A DNA stretch of 63,514 bases, filler included, from Octopus bimaculoides (taxonomy: Eukaryota), in the NCBI RefSeq assembly GCF_001194135.2. It is 7 parts of 7 records of this genome, joined end to end, with 100 filler letters (N's around TTAATTAATTAA, not from the genome) between each part and the next. Parts side by side here need not be neighbours in the genome. Positions count along the whole stretch, not along the records: positions 24,259 to 41,491 come from NC_068991.1; 6 more parts are not named here. One strand, given 5' to 3'. The notes under the pieces are model-generated. The model saw only the letters and a list, made by a program, of their open reading frames with translations. It was not told where the DNA came from and searched no databases. Within the stretch, counting starts at the first letter, position 1; the number at the start of each line of letters is the position of its first letter. Both the position numbers and the translations under genes were made by a program. This document shows, in pieces, positions 24,364-38,015 of the stretch.

Positions 24364-25268
24364 GATAGATAGATAGATGAGAAATAGAAGATGCCAGGCT
24401 CTGCGAGGGCCTTGTACTAAAGAAAGCCTAGAGCAATGACTTAACTAACGATCAAGAATCGTAAATCTCTTTCTTCTGTTCCCTCCTCTTTACCGCTGAT
24501 GCATTGTAAAAGGAAAAAAAGAAGAAAAATACCAAAAAAAAAACATAGCCAAGTACGTTGACTTTCTATTTCTGAGTAATCTATTAATTAAGATGTCTTG
24601 ATGTCTTTAAAATTGAGGTTATTGCGTTTTCCTGAACGGTTATTATGATACGAGAAATCGATATTGCTTAATCACAACTGCTACCAGTACTGCAAGCTAA
24701 GTATAGCAGCAGCAACCGTTGCTGCTGCAGGAATTGCAACAGGTATTAACATCAGCATCAGAAGCAGCTAAGCTGCAACAGGTGCACTCTGTATCAGGTG
24801 CACACAACTTCCTTCGTAGTTAGGGTGGAAAAGTACTGCTTTGGACATCAATGTTTTCCATTGCCTATATATATATATATATATATATGTTGGCATATAA
24901 ACATCAGTATTCGGTACTGTTACTGTATTTCTCTCACTCAGATATTTAAAACGTGTTGTTTTTCTCGATTCGAGATCAGCGACTGTGTGTCGATTAAAGA
25001 ATATATAGTATTTGCGAGTGGAGATAGGTTTCGTCACTTACTAGTGATTGTCTCACACTGAGGACGGATAACATCTAGAAAATTAAGTCTCTTAGTATCA
25101 CGTTAGGCTAGAGAGGGGAGTGATGACCGTCCTTGTAAATGCTATATACGGATGCAAACTGCGCGCAATAGAGAGCTAGCTGGAAAAATGTTTTCCTGGG
25201 GCTAAAACAACAGTGATATCGTCCTTTATAGGACTGCCACATTCTGTTGGCAAATAAACATGACTATA

Positions 25269-25309
<41 letters not shown>

Positions 25310-25310
<1 letters not shown>

Positions 25311-25510
25311 GGGAGAATTCACAAAAAAAAAACAAAAGATGAAGACAGGTGGGGTAGAAGACAAACAGACGTACTAGTATAACGTTCGAGAATTCAAAAA
25401 GTCTTTAACGTTTCGAGCCTACGCTCTTCCACAGAAAGGAACACAGAAAGAAACAAGGAGAGACACAAGCTGAGAACAAAAATGTGAGTAGTGATCTATC
25501 ATGGCGAAAT
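25310..25510 (-). mobile_element. Family F repeat with hammerhead-like motif (25403-25438), flanked by (TA)n
   Basis: CUUU-CUGUGGA-A-GAGC-GUAG-GCUC-GAAA-CG-U-U-AAAG on the minus strand. Confidence 0.75.
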
Positions 25511-25526
25511 GTATATACATATATAA

Positions 25527-25601
<75 letters not shown>

Positions 25602-26162
25602 CACACATATATATATATATATATATATTCATATTATATAATATAATATAAATAATATATATGCATATATACGTACGTATATGTACATACTTACATCTAA
25701 ATGTATATATATATATATCTATGATCTCATTTTCAATGACCCGAGATCATTAAAGGAAGAGCCTTTCAATTATTCGTGTTCATATAATCAACTACTCGAA
25801 GTGCCTGTCGCGCGGAGATCCACATTTAGTAAAAGTAATGCTTTTGTTTCGAGATTGATGAGATGAGTACCACTTGAAGTATTGCAATAAGTAATGACTA
25901 TTCCAAATATACTTAATAACCTTGTAGGCCAGTATCTTGAATAGATCTATTATAAATGTAAAATCTAAACTAGCGAAACGGAGGAAACAGAGGCTACTAG
26001 AAATAGTTGTTAAATCTCTTTAAAATTTGTATATATCCTAGCGGCAAAATGGGCAGGTGTTCACCGCTATTGACCCGGGCCTATCGAGGCTATGTCAATG
26101 CGTTTCGTAGACAGAAACTAATACAGGCCCGGTGTATAAACCTACATACAATCATTCATATA

Positions 26163-26590
<428 letters not shown>

Positions 26591-27352
26591 GCACATACAC
26601 AAGGAGGGACTGTAAAATCATTATAGCCAAAAAAACAAAACAAAAAAAAAACACACACAGAGTAACAGAGTGTATGAGAGAGAAAAGAGATAGATTAACA
26701 GAACATGAAATGCAGCGAGAAGAAAATAGCTCTCTGAACAATAAGTATAAGATAAAGATAATAGAGAGATTTTAGTAGCAACAGACGCTATGTAAAGAGA
26801 GTTTCGGCCATCAACGACATTTACGTTTTCTTCTTCTCGTCATCAGTCTATTCGTTATATCAACATTCAGGCAAACGTAAGGAGACACAAAATAGATGCG
26901 ATTAGCATATAGTACAGAGAAGTAATCGATAATTTCTATATTTAAAGATTTCCTTCCAGTATATCCGAGATACTGGCAATGCTACTTAGCGGTCCATAAA
27001 CTGACTAATGAAATATGATAAGAGAACTTGACCGTCTAGTGTATGTATTAGATTGTGTTGTGTGTATCGCAAATGTATGAATGTGTGAATTATAAGAATG
27101 CATGAATGAAAGAATGACTGTTCGTTGGAGTGATTTTAGACGTTGGTTTTAAAATAGTGAGAGATTAGATTGTATAATAATACTCATAAATGTATGTCTG
27201 AGGACTTGCTTAAGTAAATATTGTGGTTGCTAGCTGTTGAGAAATGATGAACGCGCTACTCTGGATAAATGCCTCAGTAAGAGGCTGTCACGTCCGGCCA
27301 CATGGCTGATGTTGCCAGGAAGTTCGTGTCTGTTTATATTATACACAAAAAA

Positions 27353-27384
<32 letters not shown>

Positions 27385-29576
27385 NNNNNNNNNNNNNNNN
27401 NNNNNNNNNNNNNNNNNNNNNNNNNNNNNNNNNNNNNNNNNNNNNNNNNNNNNNNNNNNNNNNNNNNNNNNNNNNNNNNNNNNNNNNNNNNNNNNNNNNN
27501 NNNNNNNNNNNNNNNNNNNNNNNNNNNNNNNNNNNNNNNNNNNNNNNNNNNNNNNNNNNNNNNNNNNNNNNNNNNNNNNNNNNNNNNNNNNNNNNNNNNN
27601 NNNNNNNNNNNNNNNNNNNNNNNNNNNNNNNNNNNNNNNNNNNNNNNNNNNNNNNNNNNNNNNNNNNNNNNNNNNNNNNNNNNNNNNNNNNNNNNNNNNN
27701 NNNNNNNNNNNNNNNNNNNNNNNNNNNNNNNNNNNNNNNNNNNNNNNNNNNNNNTATATATATATATATATATATATATATGTAATGGATAACGATATAA
27801 ATATAAAGATAAGGATAAATATAGATACATAAAGATATATATAATATATTTACATATGAATTTATGCATGTGTATATATATAAAGACGCACGCTTATATA
27901 CATGCATACCTGTATGTATATGTGTGTGCATGTGTGTGTGTATGTGTGTGTGTGTGTATTGTGTGCGTGCGTGTGTATCGCCAATAGCTTCAGTATATTC
28001 CATTCACACGATTATAAATTATTTTATAAAAACGAATTTTTGCTCCAGTCACGTGATCAAATAGTGACCCATTTTTAAACATTTGATGTCGAAGTGGCCA
28101 TGTTGATAAACTACAGTCATTGCTGAGGGTCAGCTTACTCTAGTACAGTTCAAGGTTCTATACATCTAAATATATAGGACTATCTCACATCTTCATAGAT
28201 TTCAATAGAGTGAGATTAGCTATTAGTTTGGTAACGGAACGTCTCTATAAGGGCGTTGTAATCCACAAGCAAGTGATATTACTGATAGTAATAGTTGATC
28301 GAAATAAATCATTTATAAAAACAAAATGCAATTAAAATTTGAAGGGTGTGTCGTCTCTGAAAACAGATTTTCCCCGGAAACAACTTTTCCCCGTTATATT
28401 AGACCTTCTCAGCGAGAATTATCATCCAACATATATGGTAAGTATGGAGAGTGAATGTGAGCGTTTGTGTATATANNNNNNNNNNNNNNNNNNNNNNNNN
28501 NNNNNNNNNNNNNNNNNNNNNNNNNNNNNNNNNNNNNNNNNNNNNNNNNNNNNNNNNNNNNNNNNNNNNNNNNNNNNNNNNNNNNNNNNNNNNNNNNNNN
28601 NNNNNNNNNNNNNNNNNNNNNNNNNNNNNNNNNNNNNNNNNNNNNNNNNNNNNNNNNNNNNNNNNNNNNNNNNNNNNNNNNNNNNNNNNNNNNNNNNNNN
28701 NNNNNNNNNNNNNNNNNNNNNNNNNNNNNNNNNNNNNNNNNNNNNNNNNNNNNNNNNNNNNNNNNNNNNNNNNNNNNNNNNNNNNNNNNNNNNNNNNNNN
28801 NNNNNNNNNNNNNNNNNNNNNNNNNNNNNNNNNNNNNNNNNNNNNNNNNNNNNNNNNNNNNNNNNNNNNNNNNNNNNNNNNNNNNNNNNNNNNNNNNNNN
28901 NNNNNNNNNNNNNNNNNNNNNNNNNNNNNNNNNNNNNNNNNNNNNNNNNNNNNNNNNNNNNNNNNNNNNNNNNNNNNNNNNNNNNNNNNNNNNNNNNNNN
29001 NNNNNNNNNNNNNNNNNNNNNNNNNNNNNNNNNNNNNNNNNNNNNNNNNNNNNNNNNNNNNNNNNNNNNNNNNNNNNNNNNNNNNNNNNNNNNNNNNNNN
29101 NNNNNNNNNNNNNNNNNNNNNNNNNNNNNNNNNNNNNNNNNNNNNNNNNNNNNNNNNNNNNNNNNNNNNNNNNNNNNNNNNNNNNNNNNNNNNNNNNNNN
29201 NNNNNNNNNNNNNNNNNNNNNNNNNNNNNNNNNNNNNNNNNNNNNNNNNNNNNNNNNNNNNNNNNNNNNNNNNNNNNNNNNNNNNNNNNNNNNNNNNNNN
29301 NNNNNNNNNNNNNNNNNNNNNNNNNNNNNNNNNNNNNNNNNNNNNNNNNNNNNNNNNNNNNNNNNNNNNNNNNNNNNNNNNNNNNNNNNNNNNNNNNNNN
29401 NNNNNNNNNNNNNNNNNNNNNNNNNNNNNNNNNNTCAGTTGACAGAGTATTAAAGGTGATCAAAATATATATAGAAATAAACTGCTAATTATCAAAATAG
29501 GATACTTTGTAAATAATATAGGAGACTGCCCCTTCTATTGTACCAGATAGAGAGATTGTTGATTCCCATATATATA

Positions 29577-29780
29577 CAGGGTGTCCACAAAGTCTGGGTA
29601 CATTGAGTAAATAAAATCATAACATAGACAATTAAATATAAGAAATAATAATTTTCATTTTTTACTTTATTAAAAAAAAAAAAAAGATACTTTACTTTTC
29701 TAAATTTGTTTATGTTATTTATGTTAGAGATTAGCGTAATGAAACTTTTCCGCACTGGATTGGAAGGAGGGGTCATGTTG
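29577..29780. mobile_element. Single Tc1/mariner-like end
   Basis: TA|CAGGGTGTCCACAAAGTCTGG start; no partner TIR found. Confidence 0.45.
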
Positions 29781-29909
29781 AATGATCCCTCCTCCCTTCA
29801 CGTTCCTGCTATCTACAATTCTCTACACGCTATATAAATCTCTTTCTGATTATCCTTACCATCTCTCTTTCTTTCAATCTTTCTCTTACACACACACACA
29901 CACACTCTC

Positions 29910-29949
<40 letters not shown>

Positions 29950-30097
29950 TCGTTCCTGTTCATTCACTCTTATACACATAGATCACTAACAAATTCCCTT
30001 TCATCAGTCAATCTTTTCAACAACCAAGTCGTTTTATGAATTTTCATTTACTTTCCCCACCTCGTGTCTTACTTTTTATCGATTCGGTAGTATACTG

Positions 30098-30153
<56 letters not shown>

Positions 30154-30433
30154 CCTACCTACCTACCTATCTATCTATCTATCTATCTATCTATCTGCTT
30201 GTTTGTCTTTGTATCTATCAACCTATCTACCTATCTATCTCCCTTTCTCACTCTCTTTATCTCTATCTCTCTCTATATATATGTTTCTATGTATCTATTT
30301 ATGTATCAATATATATCTACTCATCTATATCTACCTACCTACCTACCTACCTACCTACCTACCTATTTACCTACCTACCTACCTACCTACCTACCTGCCT
30401 ATCTACCTACCTACCTACCTGCCTACCTACCTA
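30098..30433. repeat. (TCTA)n/(CCTA)n tetranucleotide tracts
   Basis: Direct inspection. Confidence 0.95.
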
Positions 30434-31047
30434 ACAAACTACTTATATATGTATTTCCGTGTATGTTAACGTGTGGAAGTGTATGAGCGTGTGTATCAAG
30501 TAATCAATTTATCGACAATCAGTAACTTTTGATATGTGTGTGTGTTTGTGTGCGTGTGTATACACATATATAACTATTTACACACATACATACATACATA
30601 CATACATACATACAGACATACATACATATAAACACTTGCTGCAGTTTTGATCCGCATTTGGTACATTCTATCAGTGCGACAGAAACGTGATTTACACCTA
30701 TTGAAATGCTTATGAGCCGGAAATCACCTCTCTTTGCTGGCGTCAAAAACGCAAAATATTGAATCTAAATTGTTTGTGCATTCAAAACACTAATTTTAAT
30801 ATAAAATATAACCAGTTTAACGACAAAGAATCTTTGATAGAATTTGAAACATATTTACAATTTTGCTTCTATTTTCAAGTTACAGAAAAATAAAATTTAT
30901 TTGTTCCTAACTGGATAAATTATTGACAATTAGGTTGTAATACGTTTAATAAATAATTGTTTAATATTGTTTAACTAAAAGCGTTTGTTTTTCAAATATT
31001 TTATTTTCTATTCCGCAAACACAGCATATACTCTTTGCTGTTTACTC

Positions 31048-31240
31048 TTTTACTTGTTTCAGTCATTTGACTGTGGCCATGCTGGAGCACCACCTTTAGT
31101 CGAGCAAATCGACCGCAGGACTTATTCTTTGTAAAGCCTAGTACTTATTCTATCGGTCTCTTTTGCCGAACTGCTAAGTTACGGGGACGTAAACACACCA
31201 GCCTCGGTTGTCAAGCGATGTTGGGGGGACAAACAAACAC
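31048..31240 (-). mobile_element. SINE family A, 3' half
   Basis: CTTTTACTTGTTTCAGTCATTTGACTGTGGCCATGCTGGAGCACC...GGTTGTCAAGCGATGTTGG. Confidence 0.9.
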
Positions 31241-31384
31241 AGACACACAAAACGAAAGCAGGTCTAATAGTAAATCGCATATATTTATAGCGAATGATAA
31301 CTAGCTGTGAAACGGCTGCTGAGAAATCACGCGAATCATATGTATTTCTCCAGCTTCAACCCCGTTGATTTTGCTGTCAGTCAG

Positions 31385-32750
31385 TAAATTGTCTGTAGTA
31401 CGGAGAAGCCGTGTATCGTGTACAATTGCAGAGGTCGTTTCCGAAGTCTAAGTTTTTGAGAAGCATTACGGGAGCTAGCTTAACATGACTATAGCAGTTT
31501 CATAGAGATCTTCGTCATTACCAGTTATCCTTACAGCAATCTCATTGCATGCAAGTAAGTTGTGACTTCTGGATTCTTAGCCACCTGGTTTTCTTGTTAA
31601 CATGTAATCAAACAGAAACAGTTTTTTGCATTGTGCTGCCATCGATTTGTTTTTGAACAGACAAGTATTATTGTGAATAACTGTTGAAACTACAGAGGAA
31701 TGAAGCGTACGGAAAACAACAGTATCAAGGTCCTCTCTTGAATTACCCCTGCAGCTGGTTTCTGTATTTACTGTCAAATTTATTCTTCTGAATGATAAAA
31801 GTAAAATGGACAGACAGGTTAGCGCGTAAATCTACAGACATCTTGACAGCATTTCTTCGAGCGCCAAAAAATTTATAAACATCTCAGCTGATTCAAAATG
31901 TGGAAAAGTCACATGCGAGTGTAGCATCGTTTGCTTTCATGCTACACATAGCCATAATGTTGAAACACCGAATGCTTCTTTTGTAATATTTTGCTTCTGG
32001 TAAATCACGTATGAACAATTGTTGTAATTCATTAAGTAAATCTGGTGTATTTGAAGAGTACGAACTGAATAAGGCTTACCGTAAATGCCAAAATAAGGAC
32101 AGGCCGATGTTTCTGCAATGTGGTTTTCTATCAACAGTAATGTGATACAATGACTGCATCTTATGCCCATTAACCCATAACTATAACAGATTAAATTGAC
32201 AGCTACTTCTAGGTCTGACGTCACGACGTCTTACCTCATTCAGCCTTCTTCGTTTTGACGATTTCTTCTATTCGAAGCTATTAGTCGCTCACTTGAAAAA
32301 AAATCCCTGGTCTGCTTGATGATAATACACAATAACTTGTTTTAAAATCTGTTTCCGTTTTTCTTCAGAAATTTGTCGCACTGTTTAGGCTTTTGTGTCG
32401 GAATAGTCCTCGTTGGTCTTGAAAAAAAAAACTGTTGCCATGTTTCCCCATGCGGCCCAGCATTTTTATCAACATAACGTCCTCGCTACTCTTCAGCAAT
32501 CTGTTTTTGTGCTTATCTTTGTTACGCAATATTTTGTTTTAAATTACACCCAAGCAGCTCACGACAAAAGTATTTTGGGCCATACAACATTTTGAGCCAA
32601 ATGCGTTCTCGATGTTCTTTAGAATGGTGCTCTAAAAGCATATCATTTTCAACCTGTATTTGCTTGTATTAAATTTTCTTTCTGTTTCAGCCATTCTCTG
32701 TACCCTTGTTCCTTTCTGCGTTCTTACCGCTTCTATGCGAAGCATTTAGC
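31385..32750 (-). pseudogene. Decayed Helitron RepHel N-terminal region
   Basis: Minus-strand fragments in the expected order: GLMGIRCSHC (Zn-finger-like), PDLLNELQQLFIRDLPEAKYYKRSIRCFNIMAMCSMKAN, LDTVVFRTLH, RSHNLLACNEIAVRITG; many stops and frameshifts; boundaries approximate. Confidence 0.68.
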
Positions 32751-32959
32751 CTTGTTCCACCACATTTGGTTATTTGCTGAGTAAAAAAAAAATGTTTGAA
32801 CCAACAGGAATTGCAATACATACGGAATCCAGTAGATGCGATAGAGCTAAATGGCTATGAAGTTCGTTTAACAACCACTAAGTCCGGGTTCGATACCACT
32901 GCGTGGCCTCCTGCAAAAGTTTCACTTTCTCCTGTGGAGGTGCTTAATTTAGTGATTAG

Positions 32960-33140
32960 AGTGTTAGAATCATGATCGTAATATTGTGGTTTCGGTTGCT
33001 GGACCGGGCGAAGCGTTGTGTTCTTGAGCAACACACTTCATTTCACATAGCACCAGTCCATTCTGCTGGCAACAATGAATAATCCAGCGACGGATCGGCG
33101 TCCCGTCGAGTGAGCCATGCGAATTGGGAAACTGGCCCTT
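32960..33140 (+). mobile_element. SINE family D
   Basis: GTTGTGTTCTTGAGCAACACACTTCATTTCAC...CCAGTCCA...GGCGTCCCGTC. Confidence 0.7.
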
Positions 33141-34063
33141 ATGAATCAATATGACTCGATAACGCAAATTTACCTTACGTTAATTACAATAGAAAGGAAG
33201 AGAGAAAATTATGAAACTTACGTAAACCAATTGCCTTACATGTACTGCCATACTTAACATTAATATGGTTTGTTATTTATAAATTCATTTCATAAATACC
33301 ATATTATTTTTATAACCAATAAAATTCTTCTACAAACATAATTTAACAAACTAAGTATTGAATATTATCTGATCTCATTATGCTAAAATCTGAAATATTT
33401 CAACTAAAATAAATAAATATTATATTCAGAATAAATGATTTTATGCTATCAACCATATGACAAAAATTACTTCTTCGGGTATTTTATTGCCTTATTCCAA
33501 TAAATGTATACATATTTAATGTAAAATATTCATAATTCTTTATAAAATTGTTCTTTATGTGGTTAAGCTTCTGTTTTCATAATTACGATGTGTCTTTCTG
33601 GCAGATATGAAAAAACGTAGCTGCTGATTCTGGCAGAGTTGAAGAAAACTTAGCTGTTGATTCTCGCTGGTTGAGTAACCAAAAGCATATCTGCGGCAAC
33701 AGTTGGTGGTGTTACGAGCATTGTCTTCAATTCTGATAAAAATAAAAAAAATAAAAAAATTATTTGAAAATAATCTTAGTTTGAACGTCGAACGGATGGG
33801 TAGACAAACATGGTTGCTAGTATAATATAGATGGTCTTCGGAAAAAAGATGAAGGGCAAACATGAGGGAAATTCGAACTTTGAATTACGGAAACGAAATC
33901 AAATAATGCAAGTTCTATCTCATGCTCTGACAACTCTTTTATGCATATGAAATGACTCCTAAATTTATAGCTTTCTCTGCTTCTAAATCTATCCATACAT
34001 ACACAGGCATACACAAATATATGCATAGTAATGTGTGCGTACAGTTATAATATACAAAACTGT

Positions 34064-34096
<33 letters not shown>

Positions 34097-34109
34097 CACA
34101 CACACACAC

Positions 34110-34152
<43 letters not shown>

Positions 34153-34642
34153 TTACTTACTTAGATATGCACATACAGATTTTTAGTTAGGACATGAGTG
34201 CACTTCAGAATAAAAGACAACTATGGCGGCCAATACAAGTTCTTTCTACATTAGAGATGAGATATGAGAAGTCTCTGAAAATATATATGTATGCTCATAT
34301 AAAATAATACATCAGTATGCACATGCATAAATATATAACACAATGTGTATGTACAAACAAGCATACACATACAGATTTATATGTACATATTTACGTTAAG
34401 TATGTATGTATGTATGTATGTATTATGTATGTATGTATGTAGGTAGGTATGTATGTATTTATGTATGCATGTATCAATAACGGAGAATTCGTTTTAACAA
34501 TTTATTCAGTTACGTTTCATATCTCCTCTGTAAAGATAAAGTTGAAAGAACATGTATTCGGCGCATTTGATTCGCCTTTTACTTCTCCACAATAGTTATT
34601 TCTACTCTAACCACCCCTCCTTTTGTATTTTATTTTTACTGT

Positions 34643-34753
<111 letters not shown>

Positions 34754-36646
34754 ATCATGGATCGTAAACTGATTATTCAGATATGAAATATTGCATGCTG
34801 AATAGTTTACGCCGCTAGTCGTAGACTTAGCTCTTTCATAGATATAATACAACATGTTGGTTAAAATAATCTGTCTACGTATTTGCTTTACAAATCTATT
34901 TTTGATTTGACAATACAACATAAGATATTGTTTGAATGAGTCCTTGTTCGTACTCCCTTTAGCTACAGAAAACACTCTATTTTAACGACTTACGTTGCCG
35001 TATCATTCATAAATGTAAATAGAGATGTTGTAATTCATTGTTTCATCTTGCAGAAGAATATTGTCTGACAGCAAAGTATTCAAGATTACGAATGTATAAT
35101 TCTACCCGTCGGCTCCAAGTTGCATCTAGAATAGTGTATAGACATTTATTTACGGCTTGAACTTACATTTACATTTGCATGGCTTGAGCTCCGAGAGAAG
35201 CTAATAATTACTGGTAGGATCAACCAAATATCATTGTCATCGTTGGTGCGGGAACGAGCGATGCCTGGGTGTCTATCTGCTTTTTCTAGCGTTGCGCTAT
35301 AGCGGATTGCGCGCAAGAGGCGACTAACTTCTTAAGAGGAGGTACCAGCAAGCAAACGCTTTTGTTATGTCGACGGCTGCCAGTACATATCCGCAGACCT
35401 GCTGCCTCGCTTATGTTCTAACCTCAAGCTGGAATAGCAGTAGGCGGAAATGGGTGTGTGCCAAACAAAACAGTACAAAGAAAGCGATATAATCAAGAAG
35501 ATTCAATTAGACATATATGCTTGAATTTTTGGTCCCACTGTGCGTCACCTTGGACTTGTACCCTCTACCACAATGTTGGCTCGACCAAAGTTTTTTGTAT
35601 CAAATTTGCTAGAAACTGTGTTGAAGCATGGAAGAAGCTTGTTTCTGATTTGGAGTCTTAAACTTCACTTGTAGCTCGATTCGGCACATTAACTTGACGT
35701 TTAGGTTGCTTTAAGGACATAAACTCTAGTGTGAACATTCGAACCAGGTCTCATTGTAGGAGATAAGTCCCCTTCTTTCGTTTTGGAGAGTCTGAAAACA
35801 TGCCTTCAGCTCTGATTTTCTACTATATGTATATACGTATGTATATATGTATATATGTAATTCTTTAAATATATAAATATGTGTATGTATATATGTATAT
35901 ATGTAATTCTTTAANNNNNNNNNNNNNNNNNNNNNNNNNNNNNNNNNNNNNNNNNNNNNNNNNNNNNNNNNNNNNNNNNNNNNNNNNNNNNNNNNNNNNN
36001 NNNNNNNNNNNNNNNNNNNNNNNNNNNNNNNNNNNNNNNNNNNNNNNNNNNNNNNNNNNNNNNNNNNNNNNNNNNNNNNNNNNNNNNNNNNNNNNNNNNN
36101 NNNNNNNNNNNNNNNNNNNNNNNNNNNNNNNNNNNNNNNNNNNNNNNNNNNNNNNNNNNNNNNNNNNNNNNNNNNNNNNNNNNNNNNNNNNNNNNNNNNN
36201 NNNNNNNNNNNNNNNNNNNNNNNNNNNNNNNNNNNNNNNNNNNNNNNNNNNNNNNNNNNNNNNNNNNNNNNNNNNNNNNNNNNNNNNNNNNNNNNNNNNN
36301 NNNNNNNNNNNNNNNNNNNNNNNNNNNNNNNNNNNNNNNNNNNNNNNNNNNNNNNNNNNNNNNNNNNNNNNNNNNNNNNNNNNNNNNNNNNNNNNNNNNN
36401 NNNNNNNNNNNNNNNNNNNNNNNNNNNNNNNNNNNNNNNNNNNNNNNNNNNNNNNNNNNNNNNNNNNNNNNNNNNNNNNNNNNNNNNNNNNNNNNNNNNN
36501 GAATATTGTTTATCTCAAAATATCGCAATATAATGTCTGAGTATATAGGTGTAGAAATCTTAAACGAATACTTTTATATAATTTTCATAATACACGCGTA
36601 GAAAAACACTCAAACACCGCACATATATATGTTCGTGTTATACGTG

Positions 36647-36715
<69 letters not shown>

Positions 36716-37794
36716 CAAAAATGGGACAAGAACGCAAAACATCCAGACAGTTAAGCGATACAAAAAAGCAGTTTCACTTCCTGGACCGAGCAGCGCACTT
36801 TTACCGGAAGCAAAACACTCCATCTCTTATTTCTTTGTTGCGACTACCAATCATGTCGTGTAGTACCTTTTGATTTTACTGACGAGAAAACATTCAAAAA
36901 TAGACAATATATTCTTAAAAATTAATTTAATCGAACCAGATTCATAAATTTCATTTTTATCCCATTTCTTTTTATTTATTTTCTTTGTACGCTTCAACGT
37001 GTGGCAGCATAGAGCCGTAGCTAGTTGGTCCAATTTCATCAGCATTCCATTTTTCGTAAGATATTAGGGTTAATATTCGTTATTAACTGCTCGAACTTTC
37101 CTCATTCACGAAACAGCGTAGCAAAATCTCTTGCGTTCATTTCTTTCTTTGCTGTTAATATTCATCGACTTTTTCATTGTCCTACTTCTTTTTATGCACG
37201 CTATTAATTCAAATTAAGAAGGTCGCTTTAGGTTAATTCTTCTCATACGATTCAAGTAACCACTAATATCTTACCGTAATAATATTTCTTCTAGTTGGAG
37301 AAGGTCAATGAAATCGTTAGCACAGTGCGGGAAAAATATGTCTTCAAATGGCTTTCATGATTCATGAATATTTTAAAGATAAATTGTTTCAAAAATTCTA
37401 GCAATATAATTGCATTTTCTCCCGTTCTTTTAAAGCAATCCATGGAAGCAACATTTACTATATGAACTATATTCTCTAATGGGGGAAGTTTTTTTTTTCC
37501 TTTCTTTATCGAATCTCATTGAAAGGATGAAAGATAAATTTGACCTAAATGCGATTTAAATTCTGAGTGCATAATGTCACAATAAATATCTGCGAGGCAT
37601 TCATTCCAACACACCTTGTAATATATTTCCATAGCAGCAATTTTACGCTAAAGAAATATCTTGGTATATCAGAGGTCATCAGAATATTGCAGAGGAAATC
37701 GTCTTACTTTAATCATCTTATTTTAATCATTTAACAAGAATTTTTATATAAAGAAAAGACTTTTTAGGATTAGTATAATTTTAATAATTACAAA

Positions 37795-38015
37795 ATGGCG
37801 CAGGAGTGGCTCTGTGGTAAGAAGCTTGCTTCCAAACCACATGGTTCCCGGTTCAGTCCCACTGCGTGGCACTTTGGACACGTGTCTTCTTATATAGCCT
37901 CGGCCGACCAGAGCCTTGTGAGTGGATTTACTAGACGGAATATGAAAGAAACTCGTCGACTAAAAGCGGTGCTCCAGCATGGCCGTAGTCAAATAACTGA
38001 AACAAATAGAGTATA
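37795..38015 (+). mobile_element. SINE family A with central deletion
   Basis: Head and body join directly to the tail CGACTAAAAGCGGTGCTCCAGCATGGCC, skipping the microsatellite region. Confidence 0.88.

Noticed and set aside
26847-26876. 30-nt plus-strand micro-exon with a good acceptor and GTAAGG donor
   Set aside because: Open in all phases with no partner exons; cannot be distinguished from chance
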